Part shown: one piece after another, positions 22,157 to 31,581 of the stretch
Layout: every line of letters starts with the position of its first letter
Numbering within the stretch: the first letter of the stretch is position 1
Source of the DNA: an uncultured Verrucomicrobiae bacterium
GTDB lineage: Bacteria > Verrucomicrobiota > Verrucomicrobiia > Limisphaerales > Palsa-1400
Direction: 5' to 3'
DNA length: 64,000 nt
NCBI GenBank assembly: GCA_963764165.1
Contig: CAVXRD010000002.1
Location: 2,304,001-2,368,000 of the forward strand
Position numbers and translations under genes: made by a program
The notes under the pieces: model-generated
What the model was told of the DNA's origin: nothing
The model's database searches: none
What the model saw: the letters and a program-made list of their open reading frames with translations, nothing else

Positions 22157-24292
22157 TTAGGCTTTGGGACCCATTTCTTTTTCGCGGTCTTCCATCGCGG
22201 CTTTGCGCGAGAGGCGGACGCGGCCTTTTTCGTCCACGCCCAGGCACTTGACCCAGATTTCATCGCCCATCTTGACGATGTCTTCGGTTTGTTTGACACG
22301 GAAGTTGGCCAGTTCGCTGATGTGAACCAGTCCGTCCTTGCCCGGCAGAAATTCCACGAACGCGCCGAATTCCTTGATCGTGACAACCTTGCCGCGATAA
22401 AGCTTGCCGATTTCGGCTTCCGCCGTCATGCCTTCGATGGCGTCCTGCGCGATCTTCATGCCTTCCGCCGAGACGGAGTAAATGTTGACTGTGCCATCGT
22501 CGTCGATGTTGATTTCGCAGCCGGATTCTTCGACAAGGCGCTTGATGTTCTTGCCGCCAGGCCCGATGAGGGCGCCGATCTTTTCCGGGTTGATCTTCAC
22601 CTGCACGATGCGCGGAGCGTACTTGCTCATTTCCTTGCGCGGTTCCGACAAGGTCGCGGCCATGATGTCCAGGATGGACATGCGGGCTTTGCGGGCTTTC
22701 TCCAACGCCTCCGCCATGATGCTGTGCGGCAATCCGCGCAGTTTCAAATCGAGCTGGAATCCCGTGATGCCCTTGGAGGTTCCGGCGATTTTGCAATCCA
22801 TGTCGCAGAAGCCGTCTTCCCAGCCGATGATGTCGGTGAGCAGTTTGTAATCGAGAATCTTGTCCACGTCATCATGCGTGGTGCAGATGCCGATGCTGAT
22901 GCCCGCGACCGGACGAATCAGCGGCACGCCGGCGTCGAGCAAGGCGAGAGTTCCGCCGCAAACGGTGGCCATCGAGGAGGACCCGTTGGATTCCAAAATC
23001 TCGCTCGTCACGCGGACGGCGTAAGGATAAGTCTCCAGCGGGAGCATTGGTTCAATCGAGCGTTCGGCAAGAGCGCCGTGGCCGATTTCGCGGCGGCCGG
23101 GGCCGGAGATGCGGCCGGTTTCGCCGACGGAATAATTGGGGAAGTTGTAATGCAGGATGAACTTCTTGGTCGTCTCGCCGCCAGTGTAGGAATCGAATTC
23201 CTGGGCGTCTTCGCTGGTGCCGAGGGTGACGAGGGCCAGCGCCTGGGTTTCGCCGCGGGTGAACAGCGATGATCCGTGGGCGCGCGGGAGCATTCCGACT
23301 TCGCAGGTAATTTGGCGGACATCTTCGAAGCCGCGGCCATCGAGGCGCTTGTTCTCATTCATCACGAGGCCGCGAACGGCTTCCTTTTGAATGTAGTAGA
23401 ACGCTTCCTTGAGGACGTTGTCGGTGACTTTTTCTTCGCCGAATTTTTCCTTCAACTTGGCGCCGATTTCGTCCGTGAGCGTCTTGACGGCGACTTCGCG
23501 TTCAAGCTTTTTGACAGTGAGCAACGCTGGAACCATGCGTCCGCCGGCCAGCAATTGGGCTTCGGCCAGAATATCTTCTGGAACGATGCTCACGGTGATC
23601 GAACGCTTGGCTTTTCCGCCGCGGGCGGCGAGGTCCTTTTGCGCCTGGATCATCGGCTGGCAGCAATCGTGGCCGAACTTGAGCGCCGCGATGAAATCCG
23701 TTTCGGAAATCTCCTTGGCCGCGCCTTCGAACATGACAACATCGGAACTGTTGCCGACGTAAATCAAATCGAGATCGCTGTCCCTCATCTCGCTGTGGGT
23801 GGGGTTGGCAATGAACTGGCCGTTGACCCGGCCGATGCGCAACGCGCCGAGCGGGCCGTCCCACGGAATATCGCTCACGCTCAAGGATGCCGAGGCGCCG
23901 ATGATGGTGAGAATATCGGAATCATTTTCGCCATCCGCGCTAAGCAGGAGGCTCTGCACCTGGACTTCGTTGAACCAGCCTTTGGGGAAAAGCGGGCGAA
24001 TCGGGCGATCGGTCAGGCGGCTGGTGAGAATTTCCTTTTCCGTCGGGCGACCTTCACGCTTGAAGTAGCCGCCGGGGAATTTTCCGGCCGCGGCCGCTTT
24101 TTCGCGGTAATCGACGGTGAGCGGGAAAAATTCCTGGCCCGGTTTGGCCTTGCTGGCCGCGACGGCCGCGACGAGAACGATGGTTTCTCCCAGTTGAACC
24201 GTGACGGAGCCGTCAGCTTGTTTGGCCAGTTTGCCGGTTTCGATGATAATTTCTTTGCCCCCGACTGAGGCGATAACTCTTTCTGCTGCCAT
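22157..24292 (-). CDS. pnp: Polyribonucleotide nucleotidyltransferase (PNPase)
   Basis: [50 protein letters not shown] and S1 domains. Confidence 0.98.
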   Translation of the reverse strand: MAAERVIASVGGKEIIIETGKLAKQADGSVTVQLGETIVLVAAVAASKAKPGQEFFPLTVDYREKAAAAGKFPGGYFKREGRPTEKEILTSRLTDRPIRPLFPKGWFNEVQVQSLLLSADGENDSDILTIIGASASLSVSDIPWDGPLGALRIGRVNGQFIANPTHSEMRDSDLDLIYVGNSSDVVMFEGAAKEISETDFIAALKFGHDCCQPMIQAQKDLAARGGKAKRSITVSIVPEDILAEAQLLAGGRMVPALLTVKKLEREVAVKTLTDEIGAKLKEKFGEEKVTDNVLKEAFYYIQKEAVRGLVMNENKRLDGRGFEDVRQITCEVGMLPRAHGSSLFTRGETQALALVTLGTSEDAQEFDSYTGGETTKKFILHYNFPNYSVGETGRISGPGRREIGHGALAERSIEPMLPLETYPYAVRVTSEILESNGSSSMATVCGGTLALLDAGVPLIRPVAGISIGICTTHDDVDKILDYKLLTDIIGWEDGFCDMDCKIAGTSKGITGFQLDLKLRGLPHSIMAEALEKARKARMSILDIMAATLSEPRKEMSKYAPRIVQVKINPEKIGALIGPGGKNIKRLVEESGCEINIDDDGTVNIYSVSAEGMKIAQDAIEGMTAEAEIGKLYRGKVVTIKEFGAFVEFLPGKDGLVHISELANFRVKQTEDIVKMGDEIWVKCLGVDEKGRVRLSRKAAMEDREKEMGPKA

Positions 24293-24307
24293 AATATGAT
24301 ACTTCCC

Positions 24308-24394
24308 GCTGACTTGAAGGAACTTCAATCAAGACCAAGGCGGCCCGGCTGGGCCGAAGGTTTTGGGTTTTGATTGAAATCACCCCAAGTCAGC
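24308..24394 (-). promoter_or_regulatory. Long stem-loop in the pnp 5' leader (candidate RNase III processing site)
   Basis: gctgacttg/caagtcagc, ttcaatcaagaccaa/ttgggttttgattgaa and ggccc/gggcc nested arms. Confidence 0.6.
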
Positions 24395-24513
24395 AGAATT
24401 TCTAATCGCGAATTCATCCTGCGCAAAAGCCCGCTCGCGAAGGACGGGCCGATGGCATTGATCAAGCCGAGGGCCCAAAACAATGGGCCTGGCATACCGA
24501 GAAGTGAAAAATC

Positions 24514-24768
24514 TCAGTGGCGAAGCTTGAGCTTCTTGGTGACCGTCTGATAACGCGGCAAATCCGTGCTATGGAGATAATCCAATAAGCGGCGGCGCTG
24601 GCCGACCATGACGAGGAGACCGCGGCGGGAGCTGTGGTCTTTGACATTCTGCTGCAAATGCTCAGTCAGGTGATTGATGCGTTCGGTCAATAGAGCGACC
24701 TGCACGTCAGCGGACCCTGTGTCGCGTTCGTGCAGTCGGAACCCTGCTATCGTCTTTCCTTTTTCCAT
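24514..24768 (-). CDS. rpsO: 30S ribosomal protein S15
   Basis: [19 protein letters not shown]...[18 protein letters not shown]. Confidence 0.97.
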   Translation of the reverse strand: MEKGKTIAGFRLHERDTGSADVQVALLTERINHLTEHLQQNVKDHSSRRGLLVMVGQRRRLLDYLHSTDLPRYQTVTKKLKLRH

Positions 24769-25270
24769 ATTCTTTTCGATCAATATTCGTTGAACGGGAA
24801 GCATAATTACGATTCAGACGCCTGTAAAGTCTGATTTCCACCTTTTTTTAGAGGGGCTTTTAAGGAACAAAATGCGAAAAATGAATCTGGAACTCACGAA
24901 GTCAGGAACGGAGGCTTCAGTCGTTTTCGGACGCCGGGAGTGATATGGATTGACGCCCGGGCGGTATCGAATTGACGTTGCGCGCGACCTCGGCTTGGGT
25001 CTCCTTTCCTGAGTTCGGTCGTTCCACATATATAACATATGATCTCCAAAAAGTGGCAACACCCGTTACATCGTTGAAGGCAAAGGAATTAAGTGGCAAC
25101 ACAAATGGCTGCAAGGTGGCAACAACCGGCAACATTTTCGGAACACAGAGAATCTTCACACCAAGGAAAACAAGGTCCCAAAGGTATTTGTCTCGCACGC
25201 TGTTGAATTTAGGAGCGCGGCCATCGGCGGACATCGAGCGATGGCCGGCGGCGATGGGGGTTTGGCCGTG

Positions 25271-25460
25271 AAAACTGAGGGTGCAATAGGGTGCAATAGC
25301 ATGCAACGCTCCGATCCCATCTTACGCCTCAGCCCCGAACCAGAGACTCAGAAATCCGCAAAATATCAAAGAACACGCCCTGACGGCGACAGGAAGAAAA
25401 ATAAGCCCGGAAGCCCTTTTAGTCAATTACGCTTGCAATTACACGTTTATGTGGTATGTG
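25271..25460. repeat. Dispersed non-coding repeat (copy 1; copy 2 at 39797-40078)
   Basis: Shared gtgcaatagggtgcaata block and ~100-bp ccgcaaaatatcaaagaacacgcc...cacgttt.tgtggt block. Confidence 0.8.
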
Positions 25461-25560
25461 GGGCATGGCAAGCGAAACCTCGATTGTCCAAAAGGGACCG
25501 GATGGGAAAGCAAAACTGTCATTTTTCCAGGACAGGCCCTTTCACGGATTGTTTTGAAAG

Positions 25561-26283
25561 CTATTGGACCGGCTGCACCGTTCCGCTGAGGGCAAAAAGA
25601 TTCAGGACTGAACCCGAGGGTTCTTTGTTAATTTCAACCTGATGCAGGATCTTGGCGGCGTCGGGATTGAGGTCGAAACCGTGGATGTAGTGATGATCCG
25701 TTTCGGTCTTGTGGCCTTTGGCATCCACTTTTCCAAAGCCATCGACTAAAACAAACCAGCCGCTATCGGCTGCCTTGGGCAAAAAGTAAAAGTCCGGCAC
25801 GCGGGTTGCGCGCTGCTCCACGGAGCCATCGACGTAGCGGAGTGTCACCGTGATCGGTGTGGATCCGTTGGCGCTGATAAAGAAGGCTTGCATCTGCTTA
25901 TAGTGGTTGGGTGGGACAGGGATGCCACAGGTTTCTGAGCTGGCCGGCATCCGGCGGACCTGTGGGCCGGCCTCGCCGTCGGCATAATGCAGTTTGACTT
26001 CCGGATGCCTGGCATTGGCGGCGATGAGGCCGGAAGATGGAAGTGGATTAAGCTGGCCCGCCTTGGAGACTTCCGCGGCCGCTTTGGTGATCAGGATAGA
26101 GTTGCCGGTGTCGAGGGCGTGATCGGCCAGTTGCAGTTGACCCTCCTTCTGGGTGATAACGACGCGGGCGTTGAGCAGCTTGTCCAGGTTTACCTGGACG
26201 GTTTGGTTCGAGTCAGCGGCGGCGCAGGAACCAACCAGGGCGACGGCGAAAAGCGTGCTCGAATAAAATCTGTTTGTGATCAT
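25561..26283 (-). CDS. Hypothetical secreted protein
   Basis: Signal-peptide-like start (MITNRFYSSTLFAVALVGSCAAA); ~240 aa; no recognisable family. Confidence 0.7.
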   Translation of the reverse strand: MITNRFYSSTLFAVALVGSCAAADSNQTVQVNLDKLLNARVVITQKEGQLQLADHALDTGNSILITKAAAEVSKAGQLNPLPSSGLIAANARHPEVKLHYADGEAGPQVRRMPASSETCGIPVPPNHYKQMQAFFISANGSTPITVTLRYVDGSVEQRATRVPDFYFLPKAADSGWFVLVDGFGKVDAKGHKTETDHHYIHGFDLNPDAAKILHQVEINKEPSGSVLNLFALSGTVQPVQ

Positions 26284-26438
26284 GAACACAGCATGTTCTG
26301 GGCGGACAGGGTTGTCAAAAATTGTAAGAGCACAGCGCGGAAACGGATTCGGGTCAGCGCTCAACGCCTTTTGTCAACAGAAGGGACCGGATGAGAAAAC
26401 AAAAACCGCCGTTTTTCCAGGACCCTTCACGTTTCAAT

Positions 26439-27608
26439 TTAAATAAAGAAAACCTGCTCGATCATAGGCTCGGCCAGGAGGCGCTCGCTGCGGCCATCGG
26501 GATGAATGACGTTGAGGGCGCTGCCGTTGGTGCAAATGATCGTGCCATCGCGGGCGATGTCATAGGCCAGCACGACTGAAGCCACGACGGTGGTTTGCCC
26601 CGAGGCGTCGCGACGGCACAATTGCCACGAGCGAGGCACGAGATCCACGCCTTCTTCCTCGGGTCTGCGCGTCTTTTGGGCCTGCACCAGGTTTCCCCAA
26701 ATCATCATCTGTCGCATGTTCATCCGCCGCGTTTCTGCGCTCGTGTCGGTTGAAAGCTGGCGGCCTGTCAAAAGGGCGGAGAGCAAATTGAGGAGTTGAT
26801 ACAGGACGTTGATCACGCGGAACGGAAAGAGCACCATATCCTTCAGCGCGCGCAGGAAATTGAAACCGCCTCCGGGCGCATAGGGACGGCGAATGAAATA
26901 AAGACTGCCATCCTCGCGGCCCTGGGGCGCCAAACAATCGTGGCGCGAATCTTCGAGCAAGGTTGTTAGTTCGCCCGATTCCATTTCCAACTGCTGGATG
27001 CAGAAAGGCCCCAAGCCAGCGAAGTGTCCATTGCGGTCCCGTCCGACCCCGGCGGATTGAAAGAGAATTTTTTTCCCATCGCCAGGCGCCCAGCGGGGAG
27101 CGGTGTCAAATGAATCCCCTTCGGTCAATTCCGCCACGCCGCCCTCCCCGTGGACCTTGATTCCGATATTGGCGGTTCCATTTTCATGGAGCACCGCGCA
27201 AAGCAGATCACCGGTGACGGGGGAAATGGCGAGATGGCGCAGGCGGGTGCGATTGTCGTTCCAGAGGCGCTTTTCCTCCGCGCCCAACGGTTCGGATTCC
27301 AGGAGCGCGCAAAGGCTGCCGCTTTCAAGGGAGTAAAGAAGCCTGCCGCTTTCACTGCTGGCGCAAATGCTGGTGATGGAAAGCGGCACATCTTGCGCGA
27401 CAGCATCCTTGCCCCAAAGTCCCGCGCCAAAGGGCGAACTGCCGCCGGTGCTTTTCCATGAATGCTTTTGCTGAGCCCGCACCGCCTTTTCGCGCATGGA
27501 ATTTCCGTAGGCGCTCTCCACCGTCCGCGCCGGGGAAGAACCATTTTTGACGCGGACTTTGCCGTCAGCAAGATAGGCGATGGCTAATTTGGCTGGCTCC
27601 GCGCTCAT
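26439..27608 (-). CDS. Hypothetical protein with TolB/PD40-like propeller repeats
   Basis: 389 aa; LTEGDSFDTAPRWAPGDG..ILFQSAG and LAP...DGSLYFIRRP segments. Confidence 0.7.
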   Translation of the reverse strand: MSAEPAKLAIAYLADGKVRVKNGSSPARTVESAYGNSMREKAVRAQQKHSWKSTGGSSPFGAGLWGKDAVAQDVPLSITSICASSESGRLLYSLESGSLCALLESEPLGAEEKRLWNDNRTRLRHLAISPVTGDLLCAVLHENGTANIGIKVHGEGGVAELTEGDSFDTAPRWAPGDGKKILFQSAGVGRDRNGHFAGLGPFCIQQLEMESGELTTLLEDSRHDCLAPQGREDGSLYFIRRPYAPGGGFNFLRALKDMVLFPFRVINVLYQLLNLLSALLTGRQLSTDTSAETRRMNMRQMMIWGNLVQAQKTRRPEEEGVDLVPRSWQLCRRDASGQTTVVASVVLAYDIARDGTIICTNGSALNVIHPDGRSERLLAEPMIEQVFFI

Positions 27609-27690
27609 TGGGCGAAAGTTGTAGCAATAGCCGAGTCAAATCGTCAACACACGATCTTATTTAAATTGCCGAGCGAGATGTCAGAAGAAC

Positions 27691-27860
27691 GGGGTGACCA
27701 ACATGATCACATATTTTCGATTAGCCGCAATGAGCGCATATTTTCGGTTGTTTTATTGCGGAGGGCGGTGAAGAGCCTGGCGTGGATATCAAATCTGTTC
27801 GGTAGGGGAGCAAATGACCGCGCCCAGAATATCTGATTATGTTGGTCTTGGTCTGACCCG
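27691..27860. mobile_element. MITE-like element with RAYT-type terminal inverted repeats
   Basis: gaccaacatgatcacatat (27696-27714) / atatctgattatgttggtc (27829-27847); ~120-bp homologous copy at 30296-30415. Confidence 0.6.
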
Positions 27861-27869
27861 CCATAGAGT

Positions 27870-28844
27870 CTAACGCTCAAACCGAAACAAAAGCCTAAAA
27901 ATTTGATTCGTCGACCGATCTGAAAAAACCGAAACCGTGATTGGAATAAGTCCGGTCACGTTTGTCGAAACGGTTACTGGAAAGCCGATAAATGAAGAAT
28001 TAAGAGAGCCAACCGGAAAAATACCAGGTGACGGATGATCAGCAACAAGTCTGTAATGCGAGAAGCTACCCCCAATCGGTTCCGGGTTCCACCCGGGAGC
28101 TGCTATATTGGATTCCGCCAAGGAACAATAAAATTCAAGCGTCATGCCTGTTGCAGTAACGTGAGACAGATTGGGAGCCATAAATGAAAACGTACGGTTC
28201 GTTCCCATCGGAATCACTTGGCCGTCACTGACGGGATTAAAATCTACAGATAACCCAAACCAAGGCTTTTCTTCAACGATCCCAGACAAAGCATTTGTCA
28301 GCGATTCACGCATTTGAGCAGCAGTAATAATTCCGTTGGACTGCATCACTAACAAATTGCTTACGAGCGCCAAGGTATCAGGTGGGAGGTGGGAGAAAAC
28401 CGATAATTGATTCTGGAGGGACGCTTTTTCCGTTTTCAGATCCGAAATGATTTGGTCTTTCTGGCGGTTTTGTTCACGGGCTTCTCCCGTAACCTGAAGA
28501 ATGGAATGTTGATCATCCGTATGCTGTCGAGTCAGCGTATCGATTGTACCCTCCTGCTTTGAAATCTTGCCCTTGCTGGCGTCGACGCCACAACTGTGAC
28601 CGAAATAAAAAATGACCGACAGCAGAACACAGATTACCACATGCCCCCTTTTCAAAGCGGCTAATTCGTCCCACAGCCATTTGCGCCAATGCTCGGCTTT
28701 TCCAGTCCTTGCGGTCTCTTTGACAGCAAGACCGAAACTCTTGAAGCTGTTTTGCCAAGGCAATGCGTCGGGCTTCGTGACGTTCTGTCCTGATGGCGGG
28801 GCTTCCGGCGCAGCCGGCGGAGTAGTTGGTTGGCCTTCTGGCAT
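27870..28844 (-). CDS. Hypothetical membrane-anchored coiled-coil protein (AT-richer than host genes)
   Basis: 324 aa ORF; one TM helix (VVICVLLSVIFYFG) followed by heptad-like segment. Confidence 0.7.
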   Translation of the reverse strand: MPEGQPTTPPAAPEAPPSGQNVTKPDALPWQNSFKSFGLAVKETARTGKAEHWRKWLWDELAALKRGHVVICVLLSVIFYFGHSCGVDASKGKISKQEGTIDTLTRQHTDDQHSILQVTGEAREQNRQKDQIISDLKTEKASLQNQLSVFSHLPPDTLALVSNLLVMQSNGIITAAQMRESLTNALSGIVEEKPWFGLSVDFNPVSDGQVIPMGTNRTFSFMAPNLSHVTATGMTLEFYCSLAESNIAAPGWNPEPIGGSFSHYRLVADHPSPGIFPVGSLNSSFIGFPVTVSTNVTGLIPITVSVFSDRSTNQIFRLLFRFER

Positions 28845-28950
28845 TCAAATACAGAGTGAACCTAATAGCCGGAGCGGTCAAACCGATAAAGAACCGCTGC
28901 CATAAGTATGCCCTTCGGCCGGAAAAGGTGTAACGTCTTGACGCAAAAAC

Positions 28951-29075
28951 GGTCGGTCCCACATAATTACACATTTCGCTTTGAGTCATTTGCGCTTTCG
29001 GCAAAGTAGGCTTGACAACGATCCAAACAACCGCATATTCAGCCCCTCCGCCATCCATTTCATCGGCATCGTGAT
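28951..29075 (-). pseudogene. C-terminal remnant of a RAYT-like (Y1) transposase plus its end motif
   Basis: Minus strand encodes TMPMKWMAEGLNMRLFGSLSSLLCRKRK* followed by aaatgtgtaattatgtgggaccgacc. Confidence 0.5.
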
Positions 29076-29154
29076 TCCCTCCCAAGGCCGTTTTCATTTT
29101 TTTTGCGAACTGATTCGATTGGCCATGCGTATGAAAACCGGTTAGAATGTCGAC

Positions 29155-29391
29155 ATGAGTTATGTTACGGTCGAGGTGGAAATCGAGCATGACGGCATAG
29201 TGGCCCGAGGGGTTGAAAAGCCACCTGAAAAAGCTAGCGGCCTTTTGACGGTTTTGCCGGTTGCGGGACTGAGCGCCGACGAGACGATCCCGCCTCGTAA
29301 ACGCGCCGAATTGCCGCTTATCCGCGGGGACGGCAAAACGCATCATCAACCGACCTCGGAGGATCTCGGTGCCAGCCTCTGGGGTAGATGA
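29155..29391 (+). CDS. Small antitoxin-like protein (no adjacent toxin)
   Basis: 78 aa; MSYVTVEVEIEHDGIV...P..ASGLLTVL resembles AF2212/AbrB-like antitoxins. Confidence 0.45.
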   Translation: MSYVTVEVEIEHDGIVARGVEKPPEKASGLLTVLPVAGLSADETIPPRKRAELPLIRGDGKTHHQPTSEDLGASLWGR

Positions 29392-29441
29392 ACAAGTTCC
29401 GGTTCCCCCTCGCACGAATTCTTTCGGCGAGAAACACGCGC

Positions 29442-30161
29442 TTATCGACTGCGCAGCTTGCTCAGGAGGCGAAGAATTTCCAAATACAGCCAGACGAGGG
29501 TCACCAGCAGGGCCATGCCGCTATACCATTCCATGTATTTGGGAGAGCCTTGCTGGACGTTTGATTCAATCACGGCAAAATCGAGCAAAAGATTAAAGGC
29601 CGCCACGCCCACAATGAGCAGGCTGATGCCAATGCCAATCGGCCCGGTATCGTGCATGTAAGGGATCGAGACGTTAAAAAAGCCAAGCACGAATTCCGCC
29701 AGATAAACCACGGCGATAGCTGCGGTGGCAATGATGATGCCCAGCGCCAGCTTATCCGTGACCCGCACAATCCGGGTTGCATAAAGGACCAGCATGACTC
29801 CAAACACCGCGAAGGTCAGCAAAAAGGCATTGGCAGCAATGCCCGCGTAGCGCAGGTTCATCACTTGCGAAATGGCGCCCAGGGCCAGACCTTCCAGCGC
29901 GGCGTAAAGAGGCGCCGTCACGGGTGTGGTCTTGGGCATAAATATCCCGACAAGGCAGACCACGAAACCTCCAAGGATGCCCGCCAGGAGGAAAGGTCCG
30001 TGCCACTCCGGAGTGTGCCAACTGAAGGCCGCGGCACCCAGGCAGATGAGAAGAAGGAAGCCACTCTTATTAACCGCCCCTTCCAGCGTCATGACGGATG
30101 TTTCAGTGCCGGAAGCACTCCAGGCTGCCTCCCGTTTCAAAAGCGGATTCGATGTGTCCAT
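29442..30161 (-). CDS. Bax inhibitor-1/YccA family membrane protein
   Basis: TSNP, MTLEGAVNKS, LYAALEGLALG.IS, AAFNLLLDF..IE, PKYMEWY, LVTLVWLYLEILRLL. Confidence 0.92.
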   Translation of the reverse strand: MDTSNPLLKREAAWSASGTETSVMTLEGAVNKSGFLLLICLGAAAFSWHTPEWHGPFLLAGILGGFVVCLVGIFMPKTTPVTAPLYAALEGLALGAISQVMNLRYAGIAANAFLLTFAVFGVMLVLYATRIVRVTDKLALGIIIATAAIAVVYLAEFVLGFFNVSIPYMHDTGPIGIGISLLIVGVAAFNLLLDFAVIESNVQQGSPKYMEWYSGMALLVTLVWLYLEILRLLSKLRSR

Positions 30162-30295
30162 AAAAACAGGTTCTCACTTAAGCCCATCGAATCATAAAAT
30201 CAAGGAGAATCAGGAAAAGCCCGCGAACGAGGTGTGATTGGAAGTGAGTGAGGAGCGAGTCCGCAGGAGTAGCGCAGACACCTGGATGTTTATTG

Positions 30296-30415
30296 GACCA
30301 ACATGATCACATATTTTCGGTCAGCCGACATTAAGCGCATATTTGCGGTGGTTTGATTGCGGACGGCGGTACATGGTCCCGGCGAGGCCATCAAATCTTT
30401 TCGGAAGAGGGAGGC
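30296..30415. repeat. Second copy of the 27.7 kb MITE-like element
   Basis: gaccaacatgatcacatattttcg...agcgcatattt.cggt...atcaaatct shared with 27696-27810. Confidence 0.7.
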
Positions 30416-30542
30416 TTATGGCCACATCTGCAACATGTGTTGATATTTGGCCAGTTCTCCATTGGCAAACTTCCCCCCGATGTCTCGCAACCACTGCCGC
30501 CGAAATTCTTGCCATCGCCAATAGCCGGCGTTAACTTTAAAC

Positions 30543-30860
30543 ATGCAGATTCTAATACGATTTCCAGACAAAGAGACCGAGCAGTTGGCGCTGGATACAC
30601 TGATTCCACGATTCTCCGGGAAAAGTTGGACCGCCGGCGAAACCGCTGTGCCGGCTACAGCGTTGGGATTTTTGGCGGAGCGTGGAATCAGATTCTCCGT
30701 GATTGGACCAGCTCCTTCCGAATCGGCCGCATCCAAGCCAAATCCTGAGTCTATCGACGCACTGCTGGCCCGCGCCGCGGAGGCTTTAAAGGCGGATTAT
30801 TCATCTGACAAGGAATTGACTGCTTTTACAGCTTTGGATGGAGTCCCATTCCATGCATAG
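30543..30860 (+). CDS. Putative antitoxin of a MazF/PemK module
   Basis: 105 aa; C-terminal AAEAL.ADY.SDKELTAFTALDG; overlaps toxin start. Confidence 0.65.
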   Translation: MQILIRFPDKETEQLALDTLIPRFSGKSWTAGETAVPATALGFLAERGIRFSVIGPAPSESAASKPNPESIDALLARAAEALKADYSSDKELTAFTALDGVPFHA

Positions 30861-31190
30861 AGGGGAAATTTGGCTTTTGAATCTTGATCCGACGGTTGGT
30901 GCGGAATTCAAAAGACCCGGCCTGCCATCATCGTGAGCGACGATTCGATTGGGCTCTTGCCGTTAAAGGTGGTTGTGCCTGTGACGGACTGGAAAGATCG
31001 ATACGCGGTGGCGCCATGGATGGTTCGCGTTGATCCCAATCCCAAAAACGGCTTGAGCAAATCATCAGCGGCCGATTCGTTCCAAGTAAGGTCTCTCGCC
31101 GAACAACGCTTTATCCGGCGCCTCGGAGAAGTATCAGAGGATCAACTCCGCCAGATTGCAAATGCTTTGGCCGTTGTATTAAAAATCTGA
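30853..31190 (+). pseudogene. MazF/PemK family toxin with 1-nt frameshift
   Basis: MHRGEIWLLNLDPTVGAE in one frame, IQKTRPAIIVSDD..GLLPLKVVVP...DSFQVRSL...F in another; one A missing at ~30905. Confidence 0.85.
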
Positions 31191-31239
31191 GGTAAAAGCC
31201 TCCCGTCCCATTGGTAATTGGGGGCGCGGGATTTGTCTT

Positions 31240-31372
31240 TATATTCCTCTGCGCACTCATCTTCTCTGCGTGATAGTCTTTTTCCCTATAGTAGGCAGTT
31301 GACGATGCATGCGATTCCAACCTTGATTAAACGCAATCGCGCGCGGAGGGCGCAGAGTTTCCTCGCCAAATG
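31240..31372. repeat. Dispersed palindromic repeat (homologue at ~39850-39970)
   Basis: ttcctctgcgcactcatcttctctgcg ... aaacgcaatcgcgcgc..aggcgc..gag shared. Confidence 0.7.
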
Positions 31373-31581
31373 AATCGGATTTGCCACTAATTCCACTGAA
31401 ACGTGGAGGAACCGAGAGCAAAGGGGGTGAATCGCCAAGGTAACGGGGGTGAATGCTGCCGGAACCGGGATGCCGACCCCACCCTCCGGGAATTACATTA
31501 GGGCCGGGAAGGTCTAGTTAAAACCGGTTTAGAAGCATCACCCCATTCTTTCTTGGTGCCACGGTGCCAGAGTAGTGTCGG

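Noticed and set aside
21466..22386. 306-aa ORF as a real gene
   Set aside because: Chimera of an alternative pnp frame, the pnp terminator, a YhcG fragment and unrelated sequence.
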